A stretch of DNA of 64,000 bases from positions 512,001-576,000 of the forward strand of contig CAWANH010000029.1 in NCBI GenBank assembly GCA_963783375.1. Direction: 5' to 3'. A program made the translations under genes and the position numbers. Origin of the DNA: Candidatus Eiseniibacteriota bacterium. Lineage in GTDB: Bacteria > Eisenbacteria > RBG-16-71-46 > JABDJR01. Below the pieces are notes generated by a model. It searched no databases, had not been told where the DNA came from, and saw only the letters and a program-made list of their open reading frames with translations. Below are positions 51,128 to 61,502 of the stretch, piece by piece (positions within the stretch are counted from its first letter, which is position 1; each line of letters begins with the position of its first letter).

Positions 51128-51790
51128 TCATCGGGCTTCCACCTCGAATCCGTCCCGGCCCAGAAGCGGCACGAAGACGCAGCGGACCAGCGCCTCTTCC
51201 CGGGCCCCCTCCCCCTCGCGGGTGTATCGCATGAGGGTCTGCTCCAGGCGGTCCCCCACCGGAGCGACCAGGATCCCCCCGTCTTCCAGCTGCTCCAGGA
51301 GCGCGCGGGGAGCGTGCGGGGCGGCCGCGGTCACCACGATGCGGTCGTAGGGGGCCGCCTCCTTGAACCCGGTGCTCCCGTCCCCCACCTTGACCACGAT
51401 CCCCGACAGATCGAGCGCCCCGAACAGCTTCTGGGTCCGCCGGGCCAGATCGGCGATCCGCTCCACCGTGATCACCCGGCAACCCATTTCGGTCAGGACC
51501 GCGGCCTGGTACCCGGAGCCGGTCCCGACCTCCAACACCTTCATTCCCGGCTCGAGCTTCAGCGCCGCGGTCATCAGCGCCACCATGTTGGGGGCGGAGA
51601 TGGTCTGCCCGCCGCCGATGGGGAGCGCGGACCCCGAGTAGGCGTCGTGCTCCATGGCCGGGGGTACGAAGCGGTGGCGGGGAACCCGTCGCATGGCCTC
51701 GATCACCCGCGGGTCGGTGATCCCGCGGCCGATCACCTCGTTCTCCACCATCCGATCGCGGGCCTGGGGGAAATCGCGCCGTTCGGTCAT
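51128..51790 (-). CDS. pcm: Protein-L-isoaspartate O-methyltransferase
   Basis: VPRHRFV, GQTISAP, VLEVGTGSGYQAA, APYDRIVVTA, FVPL. Confidence 0.95.
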   Translation of the reverse strand: MTERRDFPQARDRMVENEVIGRGITDPRVIEAMRRVPRHRFVPPAMEHDAYSGSALPIGGGQTISAPNMVALMTAALKLEPGMKVLEVGTGSGYQAAVLTEMGCRVITVERIADLARRTQKLFGALDLSGIVVKVGDGSTGFKEAAPYDRIVVTAAAPHAPRALLEQLEDGGILVAPVGDRLEQTLMRYTREGEGAREEALVRCVFVPLLGRDGFEVEAR

Positions 51791-52539
51791 GGGAGCCGGA
51801 GCTCCAGGCCGCGCAGATATTCGAAACCGCGCGCGTCGGTGATGTCGAGAAGGAGCGGGGTGAGCGAGACGTACCCCTCCTCCACCGCGGCGAAGTCGGT
51901 GTCGGACCCGGCTTCCCAGGTCGGGGCGGCCCCCCCGATCCAGTAGTAGTCCCTCCCCCGGGGATCGACCTTCTTCACGATGGCGTCGTTGTAGACCCGG
52001 GTGCCGAGCCGGGTCACCCGGATGCCGCGGATCTCCTCCCGGGCGAGTGGGGGCACGTTGACGTTGACCAGGAACCGGGAAGGGGGGTCGGCGTCCAGGA
52101 GCACCCGGGCCAGTTCGGCGGCGATCGAGGCGGCGACGGCGGGCTCCGGGTGCTTCCAGGAGGTCAGGCTCACCGCCATCGAGGGGACGCCCAAGAGCGC
52201 CCCTTCCATGGCCGCGGCCACCGTGCCGGAGTAGATCACGTCCTCGCCCATGTTCGGCCCGTGGTTCACCCCGCTCACCACGAGATCCGGGCGGGCCCCC
52301 AGGAACTCGCGCACGGCCAGCAGCACGCAGTCGGTAGGGGTTCCCTCCACCCCGTAGGTGCGGTTCCCGAGGTCCTTGATCCGAAGCGGGTGGTGGAGGG
52401 TGAGGGCGTGGGAGGTGGCGCTCTGCTCGGTGAGGGGAGCCATCACCGAGACCTCGCCCAGCGGGCTCAGCGCCTCGGCCAGGGCCCGAAGCCCCGGGGC
52501 GTGCACCCCGTCGTCGTTGCTGACCAGAATCCGTTTCAT
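51787..52539 (-). CDS. surE: 5'/3'-nucleotidase SurE
   Basis: SNDDG, GTPTDC, SGVNHGPN, YSGTVAAA. Confidence 0.95.
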   Translation of the reverse strand: MKRILVSNDDGVHAPGLRALAEALSPLGEVSVMAPLTEQSATSHALTLHHPLRIKDLGNRTYGVEGTPTDCVLLAVREFLGARPDLVVSGVNHGPNMGEDVIYSGTVAAAMEGALLGVPSMAVSLTSWKHPEPAVAASIAAELARVLLDADPPSRFLVNVNVPPLAREEIRGIRVTRLGTRVYNDAIVKKVDPRGRDYYWIGGAAPTWEAGSDTDFAAVEEGYVSLTPLLLDITDARGFEYLRGLELRLP

Positions 52540-53294
52540 GCACCCGCTCCGCTCTTCCGCAATCGTTTCATCTCACGCACCCAGCGAACGCTTCGTCCCA
52601 CCAGCCGGAGGAACCGCATGGTGTCCCGTCCCGGGTGGACCTTGCTCACCTCGTCGCCGTAGACCACCGGCATGGGAATCTCCACGATGCGAAATCCCAG
52701 CCGGGCCGCCTTGATCAGGATCTCCGACTCGGCGTCGAACCGGTCCGACTCCAGGGGAACCGCCCGGAGCACCCTGGCCGCGATCCACCGGAAGCCCGAC
52801 TGGCTGTCGGTGATCCGCGCTCCGGCCAAGCCGCTCACCACCCGGGAGGTGAATCGGTTCACCCTCACCCGGAGCCAGGGCATGCCCGCCGGTTGCCGCA
52901 TGCGCGAGCCCACCACGATGTCCGCCCCCGCGGCGGCCCGCAGAAATCCGGGGATCCAGGCCGGATCGTGCTGACCGTCCGCGTCGAGGGTGATCACCCC
53001 ACCCGCGCCCTCGGCGAGGGCGACGTCGAAGCCGGTCCGAAGCGCCGCCCCCTTCCCCCGGTTCACCCGATGGCGGACCACCCGGATCCCCGCCGCGGAA
53101 GCCCGGGCCGGAGCGCCGTCCGTGGACCCGTCGTCCACCACCAGTACCCGCGCCGGCGCCAGCGCCCGACCCGCCGCCTCGGCTACCGCGGTCAGCGGAT
53201 CCCCGGCGTTGAAGGCCGGTATCACCGCCCAGGTGGCTCCGGCTGCGGCCGGTTCGGGAGGCGACACGTGCCCGGAGTCCGGCATCCCGGTCAT
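52536..53294 (-). CDS. Glycosyltransferase family 2 (polyprenol-phosphate glycosyltransferase-like)
   Basis: IPAFN, VVDDGSTD, NRGKG, DADGQH, GSR, DSQSGFR. Confidence 0.88.
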   Translation of the reverse strand: MTGMPDSGHVSPPEPAAAGATWAVIPAFNAGDPLTAVAEAAGRALAPARVLVVDDGSTDGAPARASAAGIRVVRHRVNRGKGAALRTGFDVALAEGAGGVITLDADGQHDPAWIPGFLRAAAGADIVVGSRMRQPAGMPWLRVRVNRFTSRVVSGLAGARITDSQSGFRWIAARVLRAVPLESDRFDAESEILIKAARLGFRIVEIPMPVVYGDEVSKVHPGRDTMRFLRLVGRSVRWVREMKRLRKSGAGA

Positions 53295-53444
53295 CGTGCC
53301 CCGCCCGCCCAAAAAAGAGCGCCCGCCGGTCCCATGCGGATCCCGCGGGCGAACGGCCCGTCGAAGCGGTGAAACCGGTCCGGGCGGCCGCCCGAAACCC
53401 TCGGGCCGGCGGCCGGACCACGCGCGCCGTCGGCGGCGATGAAA

Positions 53445-53521
53445 TGGTCGGGGCGACTGGATTTGAACCAGCGACCACTTGCACCCCAAGCAAGTGCGCT
53501 ACCAGGCTGCGCCACGCCCCG
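53445..53521 (-). tRNA. tRNA-Pro(GGG)
   Basis: CGGGGCGTGGCGCAG, CTTGC-TTGGGGT-GCAAG, GGTTCAAATCC, CCA. Confidence 0.97.
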
Positions 53522-53571
53522 ACCGTAAGACTGTTTTGGGGTCGACGGAGAATACACGAGGAAAATGGGGC

Positions 53572-53952
53572 CTACAACCCCCCGGCCGGGCCGGCGCCGT
53601 GATCGAGGTCCTTGAGAAGCATCTGCAGCTCGCGCCGCACCTCCAGGAGAAGGGCGGCCCGGTCCACGTCGTTGAAGCTGAACTCGAGCTGGTCGCGGAT
53701 CGCGTCCTTCTCGTCCGAAAGCTTCTTCTTGGCCCCGGCGATGGTGAACCCCTTCTCGTAGAGGAGGTCCTTGATGAGCATGATCAGCTTCAGGTCCTTC
53801 TTCTTGTACATCCGGTTCCCGGCCTTGTTCTTTCGGGGCCGTAGCATCCGGAACTGGGTTTCCCAGTATCGAAGGACGTGCGGCTTGACCTTGGTGAGGC
53901 CGGCCGCCTCGCTGATGGAATAGTAGATCCGCGATTCCGCCTTCTGCTTCAT
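53572..53952 (-). CDS. MerR-family HTH regulator
   Basis: YYSISE, HVLRYWETQF, GNRMY, LLYEKGFTIAGA. Confidence 0.9.
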   Translation of the reverse strand: MKQKAESRIYYSISEAAGLTKVKPHVLRYWETQFRMLRPRKNKAGNRMYKKKDLKLIMLIKDLLYEKGFTIAGAKKKLSDEKDAIRDQLEFSFNDVDRAALLLEVRRELQMLLKDLDHGAGPAGGL

Positions 53953-54968
53953 GGACTCCCCCTGCGGACTTCGGCGGGAGAGGGATCCTCGGCCTTGGGC
54001 TCGCGGGTCATGAGCGCCCGCATGGCATCCCGGGGATCCTCCCCCTCGAACAACACGGCGTATACCCGTTCCACGATCGGCATCTCGGTCCCGGTCTCCC
54101 GGACCAGTTCCCGGGCGGCCCGGGTGGTGTGAACCCCCTCGGCCACCATGCTCATTCCCGCCAGCACCTCGACGAGCGGGCGCCCGCGACCGAGTTCCTC
54201 CCCCACCCGTCGGTTCCGGCTGTGCCGGCTGGCGCAGGTGGTGACCAGGTCACCGACCCCGGCCAGTCCAAAGAACGTCTCCGGACGGGCGCCGAGACGC
54301 CCCCCCAACCGGGTCATCTCGGCCAATCCCCGGGTGAGAAGCGCCCCCAGGGTGTTGTCCCCGAACCCGAGCCCGGCCGCGATCCCCGCGGCCAGCGCGA
54401 TCACGTTCTTGAGGGACACCGCGAGCTCCACCCCCACCACGTCGTCGTTGGTGTAGACCCGGAGCGAATCGTCGGAGAAGAGCGCCTGCACCGCGTCCGC
54501 CGCGCCCGCGTCCCGGGAGGCGGCGACCACCGCGGTCGGATGGCGGAGCGCCACCTCCTCGGCGTGGCTCGGCCCCACCAAGGACACCGCGGCCCGCCCC
54601 GGAAGCTCTTCATCCAGAACCTGAAGCATGAGCCTTTTCGTCTTGATTTCCAAGCCCTTGGCCACGTTCACCACCGGGCCGGGCGGGAGGTCGCCGGCGG
54701 CGGCTCGGGCCAGCTCACGAAGCGCGAAGCTCGGGACGGCGAAGAGCGTGCATACGGCCCCGCTCAAGGCGTCGGCCGGGGTGTCGTGAACCGCCAAAGC
54801 TCCGGGAAAGGCGATCCCGGGCAGGTACTTCCGGTTCTCCCGGTCGGCGGTCAGGGCCCGGCGCTGGGCCGGATCGTGGGTCCACCCGGTCACCGCGTGC
54901 CCGTTCCGGGCGAGGTGGACGGCCAGGGCGGTTCCCCAGGATCCGAGTCCCAACACCGCGACCTTCAT
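53949..54968 (-). CDS. gpsA: NAD(P)H-dependent glycerol-3-phosphate dehydrogenase
   Basis: GLGSWGTALA, GPSHAEEV, KNVIALAAG, GVGDLVTTC, SRNRR. Confidence 0.95.
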   Translation of the reverse strand: MKVAVLGLGSWGTALAVHLARNGHAVTGWTHDPAQRRALTADRENRKYLPGIAFPGALAVHDTPADALSGAVCTLFAVPSFALRELARAAAGDLPPGPVVNVAKGLEIKTKRLMLQVLDEELPGRAAVSLVGPSHAEEVALRHPTAVVAASRDAGAADAVQALFSDDSLRVYTNDDVVGVELAVSLKNVIALAAGIAAGLGFGDNTLGALLTRGLAEMTRLGGRLGARPETFFGLAGVGDLVTTCASRHSRNRRVGEELGRGRPLVEVLAGMSMVAEGVHTTRAARELVRETGTEMPIVERVYAVLFEGEDPRDAMRALMTREPKAEDPSPAEVRRGSP

Positions 54969-55696
54969 CGGGGGGATTCCTCCGGCTCCGGCTCGGGTTC
55001 GGCGACCGCGGCCCTCCGGAGCGCTTCAGGGCGTCCCGCCGAGGCCTCGGAGGGGCGCGCCGCCCCTCCTTCGGGAGTCTCCGGGCGGTGCTCCCAGATC
55101 GCCTGCTCCCGTCCCGCCGCCACCCGGCGCCAGTTGGTGCGATGGCGGACGAGGACCAGCAGCGTGAGGAGGATGGAAACCGCAAGCACCCAGGGGAAAC
55201 GCGGCCCCAGGGCGTCCCGGGTGGCCACCACGAAGAGGGGCAGGAGGAGCGACGCGACCCCGGAGGCCACCGAGACCCAGCCGGTGAACGCCAGCACCGC
55301 GGCCCAGACCAGAAAGCTCAGGACCGCGGCCTCGGGGGCGAGACCCAGAAAGACCCCGAGCCCGGTGGCCACGCCTTTTCCGCCCTTGAACCGCGCGAAG
55401 GGGGTGAACATGTGTCCGGCCACCGCGGCCAGGGCCGCCGCGGCGGGGAGCGCCCCCTGGACCGGGGGCGGGGCGAGAACGCGCGCCACCGCCACCGCCG
55501 CCGTGCCCTTGGCGATGTCCAGGACCAGCACCCCGATCCCCCACTTCCAGCCCAGGACCCGGTAGACGTTGGTGGCGCCGAGATTCCCGCTTCCGTGACG
55601 GCGGAGGTCCACCCCGTGAAGCCGCCCCACCCAGAGGCTCCACGCCAGGGATCCCAGAGAGAAGGCGGCCACCAGCGCCGCCGCGGCGGCGATCAT
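54965..55696 (-). CDS. plsY: Glycerol-3-phosphate acyltransferase PlsY
   Basis: GSGNLGATNVYR, DIAKG, FKGGKGVAT, RHRTN. Confidence 0.95.
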   Translation of the reverse strand: MIAAAAALVAAFSLGSLAWSLWVGRLHGVDLRRHGSGNLGATNVYRVLGWKWGIGVLVLDIAKGTAAVAVARVLAPPPVQGALPAAAALAAVAGHMFTPFARFKGGKGVATGLGVFLGLAPEAAVLSFLVWAAVLAFTGWVSVASGVASLLLPLFVVATRDALGPRFPWVLAVSILLTLLVLVRHRTNWRRVAAGREQAIWEHRPETPEGGAARPSEASAGRPEALRRAAVAEPEPEPEESPR

Positions 55697-57021
55697 CGGC
55701 GGCGGGCCCGGAAGTCCAGCCGGAGCGGGGTGGCCCGAAGCTCCAGGCGGTCGCGAAAGATGTTCCGGAGGTAGCTCTTGTAGGCCGCGGGGATCTCATC
55801 GGGAGCGTTGGTGAACAGCGCGAGCATGGGTGGGGAGTCCGCGACCTGGGTGACGTAGTAGAGCTTCAGGGGCTTCCCGTTCTTCCGCATCGGGGGCTGG
55901 AGGCGCCCGGTGGCCTCCTCGAGGATCTGGTTCAACACGCTGGTGGCCACCCGGCGTTTCCGCTCGTCGTAGAGTTCCTTCAGAAGCGGAGGGATCCGGC
56001 TCACCCGTTGCCCGGTGAGGGCGGAGACGAAGAGGATCGGCGCGTTGGCCAGGAGGGTGAGCTTTTCCCGGAGATCGAGCACCACCGATCCGGTGGTGCT
56101 GGTGTCCTTCTCCACCAGGTCCCACTTGTTATGGATGATGATCGCCGACTTCCCTTCGTCCACGATCATCGAGGCGATGCGGGCGTCCTGGGAAGTGATG
56201 GGCTCGGTGGCGTCCAGCACCAGCAGGGCCACGTCGCAGCGGTCGAGGCTCTTCCGGGTGCGGAGCGCCGAGTAGTACTCGACGCCGGTGGCCACGTGAC
56301 TCCGGCGGCGAAGTCCGGCGGTGTCCACCAGCAGGTACTCCACCCCGTCGTAGCGGAAGGGGACGTCCACCGCGTCCCGGGTGGTTCCCGCCACCGGGTG
56401 GACGATCAGGCGCGGCTCCCCGAGGAGCCGGTTGGCCAGGCTCGACTTGCCCACGTTGGGACGGCCCACCAGGGCCACGTGGATGGCCTCGACCTCGTCC
56501 TCCTGGGGGTTCCGGCGCGGAAGCCGTTTCACGATCGCGTCGAGGAGGTCCCCCACCCCGCGCCCGTGCTGGGCGGAGAGAAGCTGGGGGTTTCCGAGAC
56601 CCAGCTCGGCCATCTCCACCGCGTCCAGCTCCTGCTTGGTGCTCTCCACCTTGTTCGCCACCACCAGCACCTTGCCGGAGTGGGGCCGGAGGTCATCGGC
56701 GATCGCCCGGTCCACCGCGGTGAGCCCCTCGCGCGCGTCGAGCAGGAAGAGGATCAGGTCGGCGTCGTCCAGGGCCAGCCGCGCCTGGGCCAGGATCGCC
56801 GCCTCCATGGAGTCGTGGGTGTCGGGGACCAGGCCGCCGGTGTCCATGAGCCGGAACGAGACCCCGTTCCAGGAGGCCTCGCCTTCCCGGCGGTCGCGCG
56901 TCACCCCGGGCACGTCGTCCACGACCGCCTCGGCGCGACCGACCACCCGGTTGAAGAAGGTGGACTTCCCCACGTTGGGCCGCCCCACCACCGCCACCAT
57001 GGGAAGCCGCTGCCGTCTCAT
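55693..57021 (-). CDS. der: Ribosome biogenesis GTPase Der (EngA)
   Basis: Two GRPNVGKS G-domains, PGVTRD, GTTRD, KH-like C-terminus. Confidence 0.95.
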   Translation of the reverse strand: MRRQRLPMVAVVGRPNVGKSTFFNRVVGRAEAVVDDVPGVTRDRREGEASWNGVSFRLMDTGGLVPDTHDSMEAAILAQARLALDDADLILFLLDAREGLTAVDRAIADDLRPHSGKVLVVANKVESTKQELDAVEMAELGLGNPQLLSAQHGRGVGDLLDAIVKRLPRRNPQEDEVEAIHVALVGRPNVGKSSLANRLLGEPRLIVHPVAGTTRDAVDVPFRYDGVEYLLVDTAGLRRRSHVATGVEYYSALRTRKSLDRCDVALLVLDATEPITSQDARIASMIVDEGKSAIIIHNKWDLVEKDTSTTGSVVLDLREKLTLLANAPILFVSALTGQRVSRIPPLLKELYDERKRRVATSVLNQILEEATGRLQPPMRKNGKPLKLYYVTQVADSPPMLALFTNAPDEIPAAYKSYLRNIFRDRLELRATPLRLDFRARRR

Positions 57022-58356
57022 CGCTCTCCCATGGCCATGGCCGGGAACGCCTCCGCCTCGAACTCCTCCCGGTCGGGGACGCCGAGGATCGGGGCCCAGG
57101 ACGCCTCCACCTCCACCCCGAGCTCGCGGGCCAGATCGCCGGGGGCGAGGTCGTCCAGGAACACGCCGTCCTCGTTTACCGATTCGTCGGGGACGAGCAC
57201 CAGGTCCCCGGGGCGGACCCGGGGGCGCGCGGCCTCGAGCAGGTCCCGTCCCCCCAAGAGCCCCGCCACCGTGGTGGGCCGGCCGAAGAGGCGGTTCTCC
57301 ACCGCGACGGCGTGCAGCGAAACCTCGGGGAGGCGGGCGGCGAGGCGCGGGAGGTGACCGGTCAGGACCGGGGCGAAGCTCTCGCCGGTGAGGATCCACA
57401 CCCGCTCGATCCCCCGCCGGCGGAGCGCGGCCCCCCCGGGGATGGGCGTCCTCGAAGAACATGAGGGCGCTCCGCACCAGGCCCACCCCGTTCTCGCGCT
57501 GTCCGAAGTCGCCGTAGTAGGCGGCGGTGGGAATCGGCTTCCCGGCCAGGATCACCAGCTCGTCGGCCACGTAGGCGAACGGGGTCCCCAGCCGCCGCTC
57601 CATGGCCCGTCCGGTGCGCCGGACCTGGGCGGCCAGCCGGCGCGCCTCGGCCCGGGTGAAGGTGCGCATCTCCGGGAGGTTCTCGCGATGGGCGGTGAGC
57701 CCCACCGGCACCACGGAGACCGATCGCACTCCGGGGTAGTAGGCGGCCAGACCTTCGATCGTTTCCTCGAGCACCGCCCCGTCGTTCACACCGGGCACCG
57801 CCACGATCTGGGTATGGAGGGTGATCCCTCCGTCCAGGAGCTGCTCGATCCGGCGGCGGATCTCCCCCGCGCGCTTGCTCTTCAGCACCCGCTCCCGCAC
57901 CGCGGGATCCAGGGCGTGCACCGAAATGTAGAGCGGCGAGAGCTCCTGCTCGATGATCCGTTCGAACTCCCATTCCTTGAGGTTGGTCAGGGTCACGAAG
58001 TGGCCGTTCAGGTAGGAGTAGCGGTAGTCGTCGTCCCGGTAGTGGAGGCTTTTCCGGAGGCCCTCGGGGAGCTGGTCCACGAAGCAGAACGGGCAGTCGT
58101 TCCCGCAGATGCGGATCCGGGGCTCGGCGAAGCGGAGCCCCAGGGGACGGCCGTAGGTGCGGACGATCCGGACCTCGTAGGGCTTTCCGTAGACGTCCTT
58201 TTCCTCCACGGTGAGGTCGAGGATCTCCTCCCCCAGCCAGAGATGCAGGTCCAGGAAGTCGCGCACCGCGCGGCCGTTCACCCGGACGACCCGGTTTCCC
58301 GGACGGAGACCGGCCTCGGCGGCCAGGGAACCGGGGTCGACGGAAATGATGTCCAC
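57018..58356 (-). CDS. PDZ + DUF512 Fe-S/radical-SAM-like protein (TIGR03279-like); frameshift near 57435
   Basis: CGNDCPFCFVDQLP, DDDYRYS, VVPVGLT, ENGVG; the C-terminus (ENRLFG..TVAGLL.GRD, VFLDD) lies in ORF 57018-57401. Confidence 0.85.
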
Positions 58357-58433
58357 GGGTTGGGCTCCCCTTGCCGACCCGGGGGGTTCCGGGCCTCGCG
58401 GAGGTTCTTAGGCAATTCAAAATAAGTGCAAGC

Positions 58434-58462
58434 AGTTAAAAAGATTACGGGGTTCCTGTCAA
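58434..58462 (-). promoter_or_regulatory. Putative sigma70 promoter for the DUF512-der operon
   Basis: TTGACA-17 nt-TTAACT in an AT-rich intergenic patch. Confidence 0.5.
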
Positions 58463-58561
58463 GCCATATCTCGGGCCGTCGGCCCTTCCCGGGGGCTTCG
58501 GTCCGCCCGCCGACGCCCCGGCGGGCGGCGTGGGGTCGGGATCGGACCGGGTGGGGAGAGA

Positions 58562-58637
58562 TGGAGCGGGCGACCGGATTCGAACCGGCGACATTCAGCT
58601 TGGGAAGCTGACACTCTACCAACTGAGTTACGCCCGC
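58562..58637 (-). tRNA. tRNA-Gly(CCC)
   Basis: GCGGGCGTAACTCAG, TCAGC-TTCCCAA-GCTGA, GGTTCGAATCC, CCA. Confidence 0.97.
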
Positions 58638-58656
58638 TCTCGAATTGGCAGGGGGG

Positions 58657-58686
58657 ATTGAACCCGATGCGGGGAGTCGGTGTCAA
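58657..58686 (-). promoter_or_regulatory. Putative promoter for tRNA-Gly
   Basis: TTGACA-18 nt-TTCAAT. Confidence 0.45.
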
Positions 58687-58771
58687 GCGGATGCGGCGCG
58701 GGGAGCCCGCCCCGGTCGCCAAATTCACCCGGACAACCGGGCAGGGTCCGCGAAAATATCCACGGCTCGGG

Positions 58772-59692
58772 CTACCGCTTCCAGGCCCGCAGCACCCGCT
58801 CGGCGGTGGTCTCCGGAGACTCGTTCGGGACCACCTGGAGCCACCGGGCGTCGCTCAGGCTCCGGAACCACGTGCGCTGCCGCTTCACGAACCGCCAGGT
58901 GCTGCGCACGATCTCATCGATCCACTTCCGGGGGTCGAGATCCCCATCGAGGAACCGCACGGTCTCGGCGAATCCCACACTCTTCATGGCGGGAAGATCG
59001 GTGGGGACCCCCCGGTCGAGAAGCGCCTGCACCTCCGCCTCGAGCCCGCCGTCCACCATGCCGAGGACCCGCGCGCGCACCCGTGCCTGGAGATCCGCGT
59101 TCTCACGGTCGAGGATGGCGATGGCCGCGTCGACCTCGGTCCGGCGTCCCTTGGTGCGGAGCTCGCTGGTGGGGCGGCCGGTGAGCGCCATGATCTCGAG
59201 CGCGCGCATCACCCGCTGGGCGTCGCGGGGGGAGATTCCCTCCGCCGCCTCGGGATCGAGCCGGGCCAGCTCCACGTAGAGCGCCTCCACCCCTTCGCGC
59301 TCCAGGCGGAGGCGGATCTTCGCCCGCAGCGCCTCGTCCTTGGGGAGATCCTCGTTCAACCCGCCCAGGGCTGCGCGGAGATACAATCCAGAACCCCCGA
59401 CCAGGAGCGCGGTCTTCCCGCGGCCCTCGATCTCCTCCACCGCGGCCCGGGCTCGCCGGCCGAACTCCCCCGCGCTCATCACCGCCTCGGGCTCGACCTC
59501 CGCCACCAGATGATGGGGGACGCGTTCTCGCTCGGCGCGGGTGGGAGCGGCGCTCCCGATCTCGAGCCCCCGGTAGATCTGGCGGGAGTCCACCGAGACG
59601 ATCTCCGCGCCGAGGGCTTCGGCCAGGGGAAGGCTCACCGCGGTCTTTCCAGAAGCAGTCGGCCCGAGAAGCACTCGGAGCGGTTCGTTCAT
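58772..59692 (-). CDS. miaA: tRNA dimethylallyltransferase
   Basis: GPTASGKT, DSRQIYRG, VGGSGLY, KRQRTWF. Confidence 0.95.
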   Translation of the reverse strand: MNEPLRVLLGPTASGKTAVSLPLAEALGAEIVSVDSRQIYRGLEIGSAAPTRAERERVPHHLVAEVEPEAVMSAGEFGRRARAAVEEIEGRGKTALLVGGSGLYLRAALGGLNEDLPKDEALRAKIRLRLEREGVEALYVELARLDPEAAEGISPRDAQRVMRALEIMALTGRPTSELRTKGRRTEVDAAIAILDRENADLQARVRARVLGMVDGGLEAEVQALLDRGVPTDLPAMKSVGFAETVRFLDGDLDPRKWIDEIVRSTWRFVKRQRTWFRSLSDARWLQVVPNESPETTAERVLRAWKR

Positions 59693-59723
59693 CGGTCGTC
59701 CTCCACCCGGATCGCTTGGTTCA

Positions 59724-61502
59724 CTATCCCGACCGGCCGAACCTCCGGTGAAGATCGGTGAGGGGGACCCGGAGAAAAACCGGGCGGCCGTGAGGGTCCC
59801 CTTGGGGTTTGTCGGTGGCGAAGAGCTGGTTCACCAGGACGTTCATTTCCTCGAGGCTGAGCTTCTGGCCCGCCTTCACCGCGCCCTGGCAGGCCACCGC
59901 GCGGGCCACCCGCTCGGTGACGTCCATGCTGGTGGGAAGCTCGGTCACGTGGTCGAGCACGTCGCGGAGCAGCGCCCCGTGCCGCCACTCGCGAAGTCCG
60001 GCGGGGATGGCGTGAACAAGCACCGTGGTGCCGCCGAACACCTCCAGGTGGAAGCCCAGCTTCTCCAGCACCGAGTGCGATTCCAGAAGCAGCGAGAACT
60101 CGTCGTGAGTGAGGTCCACGGTGAGCGGGAAGAGGAGTTCCTGGCTCGCGGCCGGAGCGCCTTCCAGGCGGAGCATCGCCTGCTCGAAGAGCACGCGCTC
60201 GTGCGCCGCGTGCTGATCGATGACGAGGAGAGCGCCCTCGATCGCCCCCAGGACGTAGGTCTTGTGGAGCTGCCAGAGGTTGGCCAGGACCGGCGCGGCT
60301 TCGTCCTCCTCCGGTTCGGCGGGAGCGAAGTCCCGCGAGGCCCCGGAGGGGAAGGGCACGATGCGCGGGGGCTCAGCGTCCCTCGGCTCCCCCACCCGGG
60401 ACGCCCCCCCGAAGTCCGCCGGGGCGGCCGGAAACCGGAGCGATCGTTGGCCGGGCTCCGGCCCCGCCGGCGGCGCCGCGGTCCCCGCCCCCAGCTTCAG
60501 GCTGGGAAAGTGGTTCTCCACCCGGTCCTTCAGCAACCGGATGAGGCGCGGGTAGAGCTCGCGCTCCCGGAGCAGCCGCACCTCCCGCTTGGTGGGGTGG
60601 ACGTTGACGTCGACCTCCTCGGGGGGAAGGCGGAGGTGGAGGATGGCCTCGGGATGGCGCGAGGGCGGGATGAGATCGCCGTAGGCCTCCCGCACCGCGA
60701 CCTTGAGGAGCGGGCTCATGATCCAGCGGTCGTTCACGAGAAAGGTCTGACGGGTGCCGCGGGCGCGGGAGTCCTCGGGCGCCCCGAGAAAGCCCTCCAG
60801 GGCCAGACCCGGCCCCTCCTCCAGCACCGGCACCATGCGGGCCAGCCGCTCCCGGCCCAGGATCTGCCCCAGGCGGGCGTGGAGGTCCTCGGCGGCGGGG
60901 AGGTTGAGCGAGGTCTTTCCGTCCAGCACCAGGAAGAAGGCGGTCTCGGGACGGGCGAGGGCGTAGGCCTGGAGGAGCTGGGAGATGTATCGAAGCTCCG
61001 AGGCGTCGGACTTCATGAACTTCCGGCGGGCCGGGGTGTTGAAGAAGAGGTCGCGCACCTCCACCGTGGTTCCCGCCGCCCGCGCCGCGGGCCCGGGGGC
61101 GGCGATCCTCCCGTCCTCCACCGTAATCTCCGCCCCCATGGATTCCTCGGCGGACCGGCTCACGATGCGGAGCCGCGACACCGCCCCGATGGCGGCCAGC
61201 CCTTCCCCGCGAAACCCGAGGGAGGCGATGTGGACCAGATCGTCCGAGTCGGAGATCTTGCTGGTGGCGTGGCGCTGGACCGCGACCGCCAGCTCGGCGG
61301 CGGCGATTCCCCCCCCATCGTCGGACACCCGGATGAGCGCGGTGAGGGGTCCCTCCACCGAGACCTCGATGCGGCGGGCGCCGGCGTCCACCGCATTCTC
61401 CACCAGCTCCTTCACCACCGATCCCGGACGCTCCACCACTTCTCCGGCGGCGATCCGCCCCACCAGGGCGTCGGGAAGCACGCGAATGGGGGGCGGCTTC
61501 AC
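59724..61502 (-). CDS. mutL: DNA mismatch repair protein MutL
   Basis: IAAGEVVERP, HATSK, GFRGEGL, DVNVHPTK, DQHAAHER, PHGRP. Confidence 0.95.
   Translation of the reverse strand: MKPPPIRVLPDALVGRIAAGEVVERPGSVVKELVENAVDAGARRIEVSVEGPLTALIRVSDDGGGIAAAELAVAVQRHATSKISDSDDLVHIASLGFRGEGLAAIGAVSRLRIVSRSAEESMGAEITVEDGRIAAPGPAARAAGTTVEVRDLFFNTPARRKFMKSDASELRYISQLLQAYALARPETAFFLVLDGKTSLNLPAAEDLHARLGQILGRERLARMVPVLEEGPGLALEGFLGAPEDSRARGTRQTFLVNDRWIMSPLLKVAVREAYGDLIPPSRHPEAILHLRLPPEEVDVNVHPTKREVRLLRERELYPRLIRLLKDRVENHFPSLKLGAGTAAPPAGPEPGQRSLRFPAAPADFGGASRVGEPRDAEPPRIVPFPSGASRDFAPAEPEEDEAAPVLANLWQLHKTYVLGAIEGALLVIDQHAAHERVLFEQAMLRLEGAPAASQELLFPLTVDLTHDEFSLLLESHSVLEKLGFHLEVFGGTTVLVHAIPAGLREWRHGALLRDVLDHVTELPTSMDVTERVARAVACQGAVKAGQKLSLEEMNVLVNQLFATDKPQGDPHGRPVFLRVPLTDLHRRFGRSG

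Noticed and set aside
55693-58356. Apparent 887-aa DUF512-Der fusion
   Set aside because: A frameshift near the C7 run at about 57435 joins the frames. The true DUF512 C-terminus is in ORF 57018-57401, and der has its own ATG overlapping that stop.
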